Below are positions 10,400-19,558 of a stretch of 64,000 nucleotides of DNA, in pieces. Source of the stretch: a virus (taxonomy: Duplodnaviria; Caudoviricetes); the IMG/VR virus record IMGVR_UViG_3300028591_000148, positions 29,239 to 93,238 of that record; one strand, given 5' to 3'. The position numbers were made by a program, and so were the translations under genes. Every line of letters begins with the position of its first letter. The stretch's first letter is position 1. The notes beneath the pieces are model-generated. The model was not told the origin of the DNA. It made no database searches and worked only from the letters and a program-made list of their open reading frames with translations.

Positions 10400-10611
10400 C
10401 TATAACCGCCTGAACGATGATTTATTCCACTACACACACAACTAATGCCGGATATAGAAACACCGGTTACTTCATGCGCTTCTTTAATACTATTAAAAAT
10501 TCTTTCGTTTCCGTCGGGATCGATACATCTTACTTTCGTAGAACGATAATGAGTATGATAATTCAATCGTTTATTATGCTGTTCTTGTAATTTATCTAAT
10601 GTATCTCTCAT
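10378..10611 (-). CDS. Stand-alone NUMOD1-like DNA-binding domain protein
   Basis: FNSIKEAHEVTGVSISGISCVCSG...GGYRWEY, typical of homing-endonuclease C-termini; no nuclease domain. Confidence 0.7.
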   Translation of the reverse strand: MRDTLDKLQEQHNKRLNYHTHYRSTKVRCIDPDGNERIFNSIKEAHEVTGVSISGISCVCSGINHRSGGYRWEYVDD

Positions 10612-10853
10612 TCGAATACCTCACAATAAACATATCTTATATTTTCATTTTCCGAAAAGTTATTTTCGTAGAATCCAATATCAAGTAAAATTTCAGTAAT
10701 GTCGTCCCAAAGAAAACCGGAATTCATGTATTCAGTAACATCTATTTCAAATTCGGAAGTGGGTCTCATTCCTTGTTTACACAGCGATTCCCACTTTTCT
10801 AAAACTTCTCTTTCTAGTCGATGAACTAGTGCTTCATCCAACATAGTTGTCAT
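10608..10853 (-). CDS. Hypothetical protein
   Basis: Overlapping start/stop coupling with neighbours. Confidence 0.55.
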   Translation of the reverse strand: MTTMLDEALVHRLEREVLEKWESLCKQGMRPTSEFEIDVTEYMNSGFLWDDITEILLDIGFYENNFSENENIRYVYCEVFE

Positions 10854-11443
10854 CCTTTCGTCACAGAGATTAATTCTTTCGAATTTTCATTTCTTAACAT
10901 TTCTTCAAAAATATACGGAAACTCGTTCCAATCATTAAATCTTGTAAAGTTACATCTTGTTGTATTTTTATTCCATTGACAATTCTTCAACATAAATAAA
11001 CATTGTGGATTTACGTTTACTAAATTGTATAGACAATCGTCAATAACTACATCTGCCCACAGAAGTTCTTTCTGCTTTGTAAAAATTAGACACTCGTTAG
11101 CATCCAAGAAAGGAAAGAAAACCTCAATAAATTTTATTGTTGCAGGTAATACTTCATAATCTCTGGATGTCACAAATTTAATAATATTTCCGTCTTCGTG
11201 TAATCGTTGAATACAGTTCACAGAATTAAAAAGTGGGAGTAGACTATTGTAGAATTCATTATTGTGGAAAAACATTGTTTCTAGAGTTGCAGGTGTTATA
11301 TTGGTTACCTTACAAATATCGTAATCTGTAAAATCTTCTTCTGTGAAAACTTTAGAGCTACCTATTCTAAGATCATTTAGTTTAAGAAGAAAGTACGGCA
11401 AGAAGTTATTTAAGGTATTATCAATATCAATGTTGATTATCAT
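10850..11443 (-). CDS. 5'(3')-deoxyribonucleotidase (NT5C-like HAD)
   Basis: DIDNTL HAD motif I, VTSR, K..L.ADVVIDD. Confidence 0.8.
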   Translation of the reverse strand: MIINIDIDNTLNNFLPYFLLKLNDLRIGSSKVFTEEDFTDYDICKVTNITPATLETMFFHNNEFYNSLLPLFNSVNCIQRLHEDGNIIKFVTSRDYEVLPATIKFIEVFFPFLDANECLIFTKQKELLWADVVIDDCLYNLVNVNPQCLFMLKNCQWNKNTTRCNFTRFNDWNEFPYIFEEMLRNENSKELISVTKG

Positions 11444-11786
11444 TTTTTAACTCCTTTTTTAGCTCCTTTTCTAATTTCTGAACTAACTGTTCATAATTTG
11501 TTCGGTTCACATCCATATCATCTATTGTTATTCTGTCTGGATTTCTCCACTCGTAAATATTTAACATAGATGCGAATGTTATTTCTTTAGTTACTTTTTC
11601 AAAACCGTGTTTCTTTAGCCATTTATGTTTTTTATGGTCTTCCCACTTATCAAGGATGTAAGCTAATATTAAAAGTATCCCCATAGTTCCAAAAAACAAT
11701 AATGGTATTAAATAATCAAATATATATTTTACTGTGAAATATTTTTCAATCACTATCATCAATCCTCTCAAAAGTAAATGTTCCAT
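11427..11786 (-). CDS. Membrane-anchored hypothetical protein
   Basis: One transmembrane segment. Confidence 0.5.
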   Translation of the reverse strand: MEHLLLRGLMIVIEKYFTVKYIFDYLIPLLFFGTMGILLILAYILDKWEDHKKHKWLKKHGFEKVTKEITFASMLNIYEWRNPDRITIDDMDVNRTNYEQLVQKLEKELKKELKNDNQH

Positions 11787-12174
11787 TATTGTTTGTATAA
11801 TATACTTTATTTATACCAAAATCTTTTATTGCAGACATACAAACAGGACAAGGTCTAGCTAACCTAAACTCTCCATTCTTCTTTTTTGATATGATAACAA
11901 GTTCTATTTTATCCCAATTAGTAATAGAACTGTCTATTCTTTTTAAACAGTTTATCTCGGAATGTTCTTTGTCTACAAAATTCTCAATACTCTTTAAAGA
12001 AGTCCTTACTCTATAAAAATTCTGAAGTGGTGATGTCTTATCAGAATTTATACCAAAACTAATAACTTTTCCTTTATATACCAGAAAAGAAACTGTTTTT
12101 ACTCTTTTATATGGTTTATCGGTATATGTGTAATCATACATTCTGGAAAGTGTATTAAGAAGTTTGTTTTTCAT
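11746..12174 (-). CDS. Zinc-dependent cytidine/dCMP-deaminase-like protein
   Basis: HSE and RPCPVC motifs. Confidence 0.75.
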   Translation of the reverse strand: MKNKLLNTLSRMYDYTYTDKPYKRVKTVSFLVYKGKVISFGINSDKTSPLQNFYRVRTSLKSIENFVDKEHSEINCLKRIDSSITNWDKIELVIISKKKNGEFRLARPCPVCMSAIKDFGINKVYYTNNNGTFTFERIDDSD

Positions 12175-12442
12175 TTCTTTCTAACTCCTCTATGGACTTA
12201 TCTAAATACCAGCGAGCTTTCTTTAGATCTTCTAGACCATTTTTACCTTCGTAACGCCAACAATATTTAATAACATTTCCAATAGTGAATCCAATAAATT
12301 TATCACCTAGTGCTGCTTTGAGGGCATCTATACATTCAATACCGCCTTGATTATAATGATCTGGATGGTCTACATTATTAGATGGTTTGTCAGGTGTTGA
12401 AATACTATATGGATACATAAAAAATCCTCCAATCAAAATCAA
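12155..12442 (-). CDS. DUF3310 protein (SaV / T7 gp1.7-like)
   Basis: VDHPDHYNQGGIECID...GNVIKYCWRY..KNGLEDLKKARWYL. Confidence 0.85.
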   Translation of the reverse strand: MILIGGFFMYPYSISTPDKPSNNVDHPDHYNQGGIECIDALKAALGDKFIGFTIGNVIKYCWRYEGKNGLEDLKKARWYLDKSIEELERNEKQTS

Positions 12443-12637
12443 TTATTTCTTTAGTTTATCTACTAGTTCGTGATAGTAAATGTATAGTTCATCTGTAGGT
12501 TCTAGATGTTTTTCGGAAACTTGTTTACACAATTCTGCTAATTCTTCTATATCTAACCCATTTATAGAGTCATTAATTATTTTATTTACTTCTTGTTCCG
12601 TTCTCTTTTTAAGACCTTTCATCCTATACACCTCCAC
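12443..12637 (-). CDS. Hypothetical protein
   Basis: First ORF after promoter 12644-12672; GGAGG RBS precedes the internal MKGL. Confidence 0.55.
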   Translation of the reverse strand: MEVYRMKGLKKRTEQEVNKIINDSINGLDIEELAELCKQVSEKHLEPTDELYIYYHELVDKLKK

Positions 12638-12643
12638 ATTTAC

Positions 12644-12672
12644 AGTATAACATATAATAACACAAAAGTCAA
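12644..12672 (-). promoter_or_regulatory. Sigma-A-type promoter TTGACT-N17-TATACT
   Basis: Consensus match. Confidence 0.75.
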
Positions 12673-12685
12673 GTAAAAGAAATAA

Positions 12686-12715
12686 AAAAGTTGTTCAAAT
12701 AGATGAACAACTTTT
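12686..12715. terminator. Intrinsic terminator
   Basis: aaaagttgttca-aataga-tgaacaactttt hairpin. Confidence 0.7.
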
Positions 12716-12721
12716 AGTGAA

Positions 12722-13162
12722 TCAACTATAAAAATGAATGGTACAATTTGTAGGAAAACTATACGGACCATATACACAATCACTTGCAATAGTTACTTCT
12801 GTCAATTTTGTATTATAAAATGCATAAGGTCCTATATATTTAACCGTTTCCGGGATTGTTATTGACTCCAAATTTATCGCATTACAAAATGCTCCTTGAT
12901 TATCTATTGTCCCTACAAATGGATAGCCATAGTTTTTATCTGGTTTTATGTCCCAAAAGAATTTAACATCTGTCATATCAGGTTCAGGTGTATTTCCACC
13001 TGATATAACATAAGGATATCCTAGATTAAGGTTTGCGTTTATGCCCCAGCTAAATTTAACATTGCTCATATCTGGAGCTACTGGAGCACCACTATTTGTA
13101 ACATATGGATATCCTATATTCAAATCATCATTTTGTGACCACGCATCATAAGTCCAACTCAT
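12722..13162 (-). CDS. Protein with three W-x6-N-x-GYP repeats and a C-terminal BspA-type leucine-rich repeat
   Basis: NIGYPYV/NLGYPYV/NYGYPFV repeats; LESITIPETVKYIGPYAFYNT. Confidence 0.7.
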   Translation of the reverse strand: MSWTYDAWSQNDDLNIGYPYVTNSGAPVAPDMSNVKFSWGINANLNLGYPYVISGGNTPEPDMTDVKFFWDIKPDKNYGYPFVGTIDNQGAFCNAINLESITIPETVKYIGPYAFYNTKLTEVTIASDCVYGPYSFPTNCTIHFYS

Positions 13163-13176
13163 AACGGATCACCTCT

Positions 13177-14190
13177 TTATGGAAGGAATCCTATATCAAC
13201 TAAATAATTTTTATCTTTTATATTCGTAGTACTTATCTTCTTTATGTTATAAGATGTATCTATATAAACATTTTGAGTAGATGCTATAACGGTCATATTA
13301 TCTGTGGTATTTCTACTACAAGGATATACATCTGTAGACGACTGTGCAATAGTACAATTATCGAATATAATGGAACAACCCGATATTTGGGATGCAAAAG
13401 TACCCGTAGTAATGTAAATAACAGCAGGATCACGACTATAACAATTTATATGCCCATCGGTTATTACTAAAGATGTACTACTACCCTTAAATTGCCAATA
13501 AGTACCGTAATTAGTGTTTAAGGCATATAGTATCGCCGTTGTAGCATCTGAAGCCACATAGTCTAAATAAATACCATCTAATACGATATTACAATTTGTA
13601 AAATTACTATAACATCGAGGCTGTCTAGGTGTATTGGAATTTACTCGATCAGTACCTATTGTAATATAGTTTGTGGATTTCATCTTTATATAAAAAGAAC
13701 AATTATTATAATTAGTAGGATAATCAGAACCTCCCTCTGGACTAAAGAATAAACAACCATAATTTCCTCCAGAAACAACCAAGATGGAAAATTTACAATT
13801 ATTAATATTTGCCTGTTTAGTCGAACTGGGGGCAGAAGTACCCGATGTCCAGAAGTCAAAAACAGCAAAATTGTTAGCATTAACTTTAAGACAACAATTT
13901 TTAAAATATAAATTCTCTATGGTTTGTGAGTTTGTAAACTGTTTTATAAACCTTGTATGCTCTATAGTAAGACCTCTGATTTCTGTTAGAGAATCGGCAT
14001 ACAATTTTCCACCTTTTAACGATATGGTACTAGTTACTTTTCCAGTATACCAACTCTCTTGTGCAAAGTCTATAGTCTGTGTTACTTTTATATAAGCATT
14101 TTCATGCGAACCGTCACATAATTGTAATAAATCGTATCCGTTATCTACTAAATACGGATCTGCTTGAGTTCCACTACCTGTATATGCCAT
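13177..14190 (-). CDS. Beta-rich adhesin-like/virion-accessory protein
   Basis: N-terminal GSGTQADPYLV motif of GLUG/adhesin-type proteins; repeated F.NC.F/I beta-helix-like units. Confidence 0.55.
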   Translation of the reverse strand: MAYTGSGTQADPYLVDNGYDLLQLCDGSHENAYIKVTQTIDFAQESWYTGKVTSTISLKGGKLYADSLTEIRGLTIEHTRFIKQFTNSQTIENLYFKNCCLKVNANNFAVFDFWTSGTSAPSSTKQANINNCKFSILVVSGGNYGCLFFSPEGGSDYPTNYNNCSFYIKMKSTNYITIGTDRVNSNTPRQPRCYSNFTNCNIVLDGIYLDYVASDATTAILYALNTNYGTYWQFKGSSTSLVITDGHINCYSRDPAVIYITTGTFASQISGCSIIFDNCTIAQSSTDVYPCSRNTTDNMTVIASTQNVYIDTSYNIKKISTTNIKDKNYLVDIGFLP

Positions 14191-14211
14191 AGTAAATCAC
14201 ATCCTTAAAAA

Positions 14212-14424
14212 TCATATATCATAATATTCTACAACTTCTTTTGCTTGATATCCACATTGTGGACAATGACATCTATACGAGATCAAAAACTTTCTAAAAT
14301 ATTCGGTTTTGTTCGCTTCAAATTCACAACCACATTGATAACAAAAGAACTTTTTAGGTCTATTTAATTTTTGATCGATAACAATATCCATTCTTTCAGA
14401 AGAACCTTCTTTAATTACCTTCAT
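14212..14424 (-). CDS. Zinc-ribbon protein
   Basis: CYQCGCEFEA..CPQCG. Confidence 0.6.
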   Translation of the reverse strand: MKVIKEGSSERMDIVIDQKLNRPKKFFCYQCGCEFEANKTEYFRKFLISYRCHCPQCGYQAKEVVEYYDI

Positions 14425-14882
14425 AAAGATTCCTCCAATAGATCCATTGACTGATTAGCAAGTTTATCACATTTTTCGTTAAATTCGTGACCATTGTGTC
14501 CTTTTACCCATCTGAATGTAACATTGTGTCCTTCTAAAAGTCTAAGAAGCTCTTTCCAAAGTTCAACATTTTTCACGGCAGATTTATCAGACTTCTTCCA
14601 TCCATTTCTAATCCAGCTATCAATCCAATGTTTATTTATAGAATCGACTACATAGGAAGAATCTGTTACAACGGTTACATAGCATTTCTCTTTAAGGAGT
14701 CTGAACCCTTCGATAACTGCTGTTAGTTCCATTTTGTTATTCGTAGTAAATCTATCGTTACCGCAGATTTCTTTTGTGTGTAATTGTCCTTTAGAATCTG
14801 TATAGGATAAAATAGTTCCCCATCCACCTATCCCAGGATTTCCTCTACAACCACCGTCAGCATAAAGATAAACTCTTTTCAT
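14421..14882 (-). CDS. rnhA: Ribonuclease HI
   Basis: DGGCRGNPG, TNNKMEL, TDSSYV, VKNVELW, WVKGHNGHEFNEKCD. Confidence 0.95.
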   Translation of the reverse strand: MKRVYLYADGGCRGNPGIGGWGTILSYTDSKGQLHTKEICGNDRFTTNNKMELTAVIEGFRLLKEKCYVTVVTDSSYVVDSINKHWIDSWIRNGWKKSDKSAVKNVELWKELLRLLEGHNVTFRWVKGHNGHEFNEKCDKLANQSMDLLEESL

Positions 14883-15085
14883 TTTTTATTCTCCGTTTCA
14901 GGAATAGGTCTTGGAACATAACAAAAATAAGGTATAAACCTACCATTTTCATTTTTATCGCACTTTGGAAAATCTTTCCCATTATGATTATAAAAAGTAC
15001 ACTTTTTACAACAATAAGGGATTTCCATAGGATCCGAATAACCGTGAGTAATAGGTTTAAGTCCTGCCATGATAGTAAACCTCAC
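14879..15085 (-). CDS. Small Cys-rich hypothetical protein
   Basis: CCKKC..C..C; translationally coupled. Confidence 0.5.
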   Translation of the reverse strand: MRFTIMAGLKPITHGYSDPMEIPYCCKKCTFYNHNGKDFPKCDKNENGRFIPYFCYVPRPIPETENKK

Positions 15086-15486
15086 TTTTCGTAGATTTTT
15101 ATATACTGTTCATGAGTTGTGAACCCAAGAACCGGTAACCTATAGTATTCTAACAGCTGTATAGCTTTCTTTTCCCAACTGTCCTCGTGACTAAAATATG
15201 GAAACTGTATATTAGCAAGAACAACTGTTTTACCTACATCAAACTTACTTATTTTATCAGTTAATGGGTATTCCTTATATATAGCATCTAGTTCTGATTC
15301 AACTGTATGAAATGGATTTGAGAACATTAGTTTAACTTCTTTTTGAAATTCTATCTGAAGTCTAAATGCTATTTCATCTAATATTTCAAATTTTGTTCCT
15401 AGATCTAAACAAGGTGGACACAATAGACAAACTTGATTTAACCAACCGTTATCTAGCAAACTGTTAAAATAACTTAAATAATCCAT
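15082..15486 (-). CDS. Hypothetical protein (start reassigned to MDYLSY)
   Basis: The upstream extension overlaps promoter 15513-15541; AGGAG RBS precedes 15486. Confidence 0.55.
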   Translation of the reverse strand: MDYLSYFNSLLDNGWLNQVCLLCPPCLDLGTKFEILDEIAFRLQIEFQKEVKLMFSNPFHTVESELDAIYKEYPLTDKISKFDVGKTVVLANIQFPYFSHEDSWEKKAIQLLEYYRLPVLGFTTHEQYIKIYEK

Positions 15487-15512
15487 TTTGTATACTCCTG
15501 TTTTATGTTTAT

Positions 15513-15541
15513 AGTATAACACATTTTATTAGAAATGTCAA
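15513..15541 (-). promoter_or_regulatory. Sigma-A-type promoter TTGACA-N17-TATACT
   Basis: Consensus match. Confidence 0.8.
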
Positions 15542-15616
15542 TAGTTTTTCTTAAAATTATAAGATTCTATCAAACAGAACAAACCTATAAATTATAGTGT
15601 ATACGTTATATAGAAT

Positions 15617-15922
15617 TTATTCGTTTACTTCATTTGTTTCTTTGTCTATGTAATTATTTGCGTTCTTAATACATTCGTTCATATCTTTACATAGCGGTGT
15701 AGTATATGTACCTCCACCACAAGTTGTTAATTCAAAAAACCATTTATTTTCTTTTGTTATTGTACATTGAAAACCATTATATTTATGACTTAATTGTGAC
15801 CAGATAATCTCATTCAACCAGCTAGAGAACGAAACAAGTCGGCTTCCATCTAGTTTTTCTATATAATTCATAGCATTATCAAATGCTGATTTTACTATGT
15901 TTTCTTTTACACGACTTTGCAT
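15617..15922 (-). CDS. Hypothetical protein
   Basis: AAGGAG RBS; follows the Clp gene. Confidence 0.6.
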   Translation of the reverse strand: MQSRVKENIVKSAFDNAMNYIEKLDGSRLVSFSSWLNEIIWSQLSHKYNGFQCTITKENKWFFELTTCGGGTYTTPLCKDMNECIKNANNYIDKETNEVNE

Positions 15923-15933
15923 AAATAACTCCT

Positions 15934-18093
15934 TTACTCTATGTTAATCGTTTTTCTATTGTTACATACTTCTTCTAATACTATTGGATCTACTAACTGT
16001 TTTAGTTTTTTACGAATAAATCGTACACCGTCTTTTTTACTATAGCATTTTTCAAACAGCTCCTTTTTCTTACTGTCTGAAAATGTTATAGTTACTTCAC
16101 TATCCAAATAGCGATTAATATACATTCGAATTTCTTTTTCGAATATTCTATAAGCATCTTCTTCTCCGATAATATTAAAATAGATTACATCATCTAATCT
16201 GTTTAAAAATTCAGGCGAAAAGAAATTCTTTATTTCCTTTTGTATAGCATCTGAATTAGAATTGTTTTCGAAACCAATACTGTTTTTATTTAGCATTTCT
16301 TTACATCCAATATTGGATGTCATAATAATTAAGGTATTTCTGAAATCAACGGTTTCGCCTGTTGAATCTGTTAGTCTACCGTCATCCATAACCTGAAGTA
16401 GAATATTTATAACATCCTTATGAGCTTTTTCTATTTCATCTAATAGAATGACAGAGAAAGGATTATTTTTGACTTTATCTGTAATACATCCTCCTTGTGA
16501 ATATCCTACATATCCAGGAGGAGATCCTATTAGTTTTGAAACAGAGTGAGGTTCCATAAATTCTGACATATCGTATCTTAAAAAACTTTCAGGAGTAAAG
16601 AATTGATAAGCTATTTGTCTACATAATTCTGTTTTACCTGTTCCTGTAGGTCCTACAAATAATAGATTAGCAATGGGTTTTGTTGTATCCTGAATTCCCA
16701 TAATATATTTTTTAATAGGAATAAGGGCTGAACTAATTGCCTTATCTTGTCCTATTATATTTTCTTTTATATGTTTTTCTATATTTGGAAATTCTTTTAC
16801 ACTACTTTTATTTAAGTCTACTCCAATATAGCTGTTTATACCCTTGTCAATTTCTTCCTTTGTGAGTTCGGTACTGTGTTCTTTTCTACAAATAACACAA
16901 GAAGTATCTAGTACATCAAATGCTTTATCGGGGAAATACTTATTTCTTATAAAGGTATCACAACTTTCTACTAAATAAGTACATAGTTCGGGTTGTATTT
17001 TTATATTATGGAACTTCTCATAATCAGTTCTCTTATACTCTAACATACTGATAGTATCTTTTACAGATAGTTCATTCACATGAACTCTTGTAAATCTTCT
17101 TTCAAATGCCTTATCAGATTCTATTTGTTTATACTCTGCTTCTGTTGTGCACCCTATTATCTTGGAACCTTTAGATAAGTATGTTTTAAAACTTTCTGCA
17201 ATAGACGAGCTACCAGAATTACCTGCCTTGTTGAACATATTATGTATCTCGTCTATGAACACGATAACCTTATCGTATTCTTGTAAGGAAGCAATAACTG
17301 TTTCTATTCTAGCTTCGAGATCTCCTCTATAAGTAGTTCCACTTATCATAGAATTTATATTCAGTTCATATACATAATAGCCCTTTAACATATCTGGACA
17401 GTCTGTAGATTGTATTAGATTACAAAAACCATATACAACACTTGTTTTTCCTACACCTGGATTACCTACAAGAATAACATTGTTTTTTCTCATCCTACAT
17501 AAAACATCTACACATTGTTGTATCTCTTTTTCTCGTCCAAAGCAGTCATAATGCTCTCTTACAACAAGAGGGTCAGTTAGATACTCGCCGAACTCTAATA
17601 AATCTCCAGACATATTAGTATTTACACATTGATCAAGTATATTACAAAGCTCTGTCTGAACTTTTTCTTTCTCTTTTTGTTTTACATAGATTAGTTCGTC
17701 AAATAATTTTGAACTTTTTAATCTGGAGTCATATATCATTATATAAGATATATAGGCAGTTATTATATTTTGATCTAGTTTATTTCCGTATTGAGATTTG
17801 AAGAATATGTAATTCTTTATGAGAACTTCACACTCTTCAGATAATTCAAGTTCACTAAATTCGTGTAACTTCTTTTCTTTTTCTTTAGGTACTTTTAACT
17901 TATTCTCTACTATTCTATCAGCACATTCTTTAAGGTTCTCTATAACACATTTTTTAAGTAGACCTTGTTGAATGAATAGACACGCTAATAGTTCAGTATC
18001 GATATTTCCATATTTATGTGGAACTAGCATTTTTAATGTGAGTTGGGAGTGTTTAGGTAGTAACTCAAAAAATTCCAAATACTGTGTTTCCAT
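15934..18093 (-). CDS. ClpA/ClpC-like two-ring AAA+ chaperone
   Basis: GNPGVGKT/FIDEIH and GPTGTGKT/LLDEIEKAH; SKLIGSPPGYVGY; start moved to METQY because promoter 18131-18159 overlaps the ORF extension. Confidence 0.9.
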   Translation of the reverse strand: METQYLEFFELLPKHSQLTLKMLVPHKYGNIDTELLACLFIQQGLLKKCVIENLKECADRIVENKLKVPKEKEKKLHEFSELELSEECEVLIKNYIFFKSQYGNKLDQNIITAYISYIMIYDSRLKSSKLFDELIYVKQKEKEKVQTELCNILDQCVNTNMSGDLLEFGEYLTDPLVVREHYDCFGREKEIQQCVDVLCRMRKNNVILVGNPGVGKTSVVYGFCNLIQSTDCPDMLKGYYVYELNINSMISGTTYRGDLEARIETVIASLQEYDKVIVFIDEIHNMFNKAGNSGSSSIAESFKTYLSKGSKIIGCTTEAEYKQIESDKAFERRFTRVHVNELSVKDTISMLEYKRTDYEKFHNIKIQPELCTYLVESCDTFIRNKYFPDKAFDVLDTSCVICRKEHSTELTKEEIDKGINSYIGVDLNKSSVKEFPNIEKHIKENIIGQDKAISSALIPIKKYIMGIQDTTKPIANLLFVGPTGTGKTELCRQIAYQFFTPESFLRYDMSEFMEPHSVSKLIGSPPGYVGYSQGGCITDKVKNNPFSVILLDEIEKAHKDVINILLQVMDDGRLTDSTGETVDFRNTLIIMTSNIGCKEMLNKNSIGFENNSNSDAIQKEIKNFFSPEFLNRLDDVIYFNIIGEEDAYRIFEKEIRMYINRYLDSEVTITFSDSKKKELFEKCYSKKDGVRFIRKKLKQLVDPIVLEEVCNNRKTINIE

Positions 18094-18130
18094 TGTTATC
18101 ACTTCCTTGCATTCTAACTCCTCCAATTTT

Positions 18131-18159
18131 AGTGTAACATAAAAACACATAAAAGTCAA
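18131..18159 (-). promoter_or_regulatory. Sigma-A-type promoter TTGACT-N17-TACACT
   Basis: Near-consensus; same family as the others. Confidence 0.65.
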
Positions 18160-18170
18160 GTAGGTAAAAA

Positions 18171-18202
18171 TAAAAGCTACTCACATATTAGAGTAGCTTT
18201 TA
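18171..18202. terminator. Intrinsic terminator
   Basis: aaaagctactc-acatatta-gagtagctttt hairpin. Confidence 0.7.
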
Positions 18203-18214
18203 TTCTATATATAA

Positions 18215-19171
18215 TTAAGCTGCGTAGAAGTGATTTACCCAACCGTCTCCCCAGAAGGAGTTTAACGAAGTGCTATAAGAACTTCTATGATTAAAATAAT
18301 ACAATACAGCATCTTTGCAACTCTGTGTAGTTCTTCTCCAGTAATAAGAGTCTGGTACCCAACAAAACTGATTTCTCTGAAGGATTACAGATCTAATAGA
18401 ATTGGGAAAACGTGAGTCTCTAACTCTGTTCATAACAGTCATAACGACTTTACCTTTTTCGTGTAACGAAACCCAATCAGCACCATACTCATGTGCTACT
18501 AGATTGGCTAACATATAAAATTCTGCTTGAGTACAAGGTAGGTTAGACATTGTGTACACACCTGAACTAGAAGATGTTGTCTGTGTAACAGGAGGTTTAT
18601 ACTCTTTGACTAGTTTTACATCCGGTTTGCATTTAGAACAGATACGTCCTTCAATTTCATTAATGTCATAATCAAACACACAGGTATCGTCAAACCATTT
18701 ACAGGAAGTCATATGAAAATATTGTGTAGACGGTTTATATACTGTTTTTGCTTCGGTTGTCGTTGTGGTAGTTGTTACAACTTCTGTTTTATAGGTAGTT
18801 GTAAGGACTGCTTTTTTAGCAGGAGTAGGAGTTACAGAAACCGTTGTTGTAGTGGTTATTTCTTCTTTCACGGTGCTTGTCGTGGTTGTTTCTGTGGTGG
18901 TAGTAGTAGTCGTAGTAGTTGTCTCTGTTTCTTCTGTCTGTGTAGTAGTTGTTTCTGTTATGTCTTCAACAGTAGTATCTTCTTCCTTTGTGATATATTC
19001 TAGTTTATCACCAGAAAATGCTGTATCTTCTGTATCGGGTTCTTCGACAGAACTTTCAGACACAACACTTGATTCATCTTTATTAGATGTGGGAAGTAAA
19101 ATAACACCTAATGCTAGAATAGAAACAAATAATACACAAATAACACTTGCAATAATTTTAGTCTTTTTCAT
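18215..19171 (-). CDS. Membrane-anchored/secreted SleB-like (Hydrolase_2) cell-wall hydrolase
   Basis: N-terminal signal/TM, Thr-rich linker, LVAHE..VMNRVRDSRFPNSIRSVILQRNQF. Confidence 0.8.
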   Translation of the reverse strand: MKKTKIIASVICVLFVSILALGVILLPTSNKDESSVVSESSVEEPDTEDTAFSGDKLEYITKEEDTTVEDITETTTTQTEETETTTTTTTTTTETTTTSTVKEEITTTTTVSVTPTPAKKAVLTTTYKTEVVTTTTTTTEAKTVYKPSTQYFHMTSCKWFDDTCVFDYDINEIEGRICSKCKPDVKLVKEYKPPVTQTTSSSSGVYTMSNLPCTQAEFYMLANLVAHEYGADWVSLHEKGKVVMTVMNRVRDSRFPNSIRSVILQRNQFCWVPDSYYWRRTTQSCKDAVLYYFNHRSSYSTSLNSFWGDGWVNHFYAA

Positions 19172-19480
19172 TTTAATAACTCACCTTTCAATTTAATTAT
19201 TCATTAGCTTGTAAAGTGAGTTGACACCTAAAAATAAATTTGATTGAAAGTTCTCCTTACCTTCCAACATCAAATCTTTACAATCCCGTAGAGATTGCTT
19301 TCCTCCTTTAAGGATCTTCCTTAAACTAGGTTGTCAACTCTTTGGGAACATGATCAAAATTCTAGTTGTTATTCTAGGATAAATTCAATTTTCTCTGACA
19401 AAATAGAAATTTAGATTTTGATATGTTCCGGATTCAGAACAATCAAAAGCATCACGTCCTTCCAAAATTATACTTTTTAT

Positions 19481-19509
19481 AGTATAACACATTGTAAAAC
19501 AAAAGTCAA
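19481..19509 (-). promoter_or_regulatory. Sigma-A-type promoter TTGACT-N17-TATACT
   Basis: Consensus match; drives a ~300-nt leader. Confidence 0.75.
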
Positions 19510-19558
19510 GTGGAAAAATGTAAAAATTTCTCCACTTGATTTCTAAAAATGTGTGTAC

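Noticed and set aside
10378-10611. Active homing endonuclease
   Set aside because: Only the NUMOD1-like DNA-binding part is present; no HNH or GIY-YIG domain in adjacent ORFs.
18760-18980. gtt/gta trinucleotide-like repeats and the overlapping Val-rich plus-strand ORFs
   Set aside because: They encode the Thr-rich linker of the cell-wall hydrolase.
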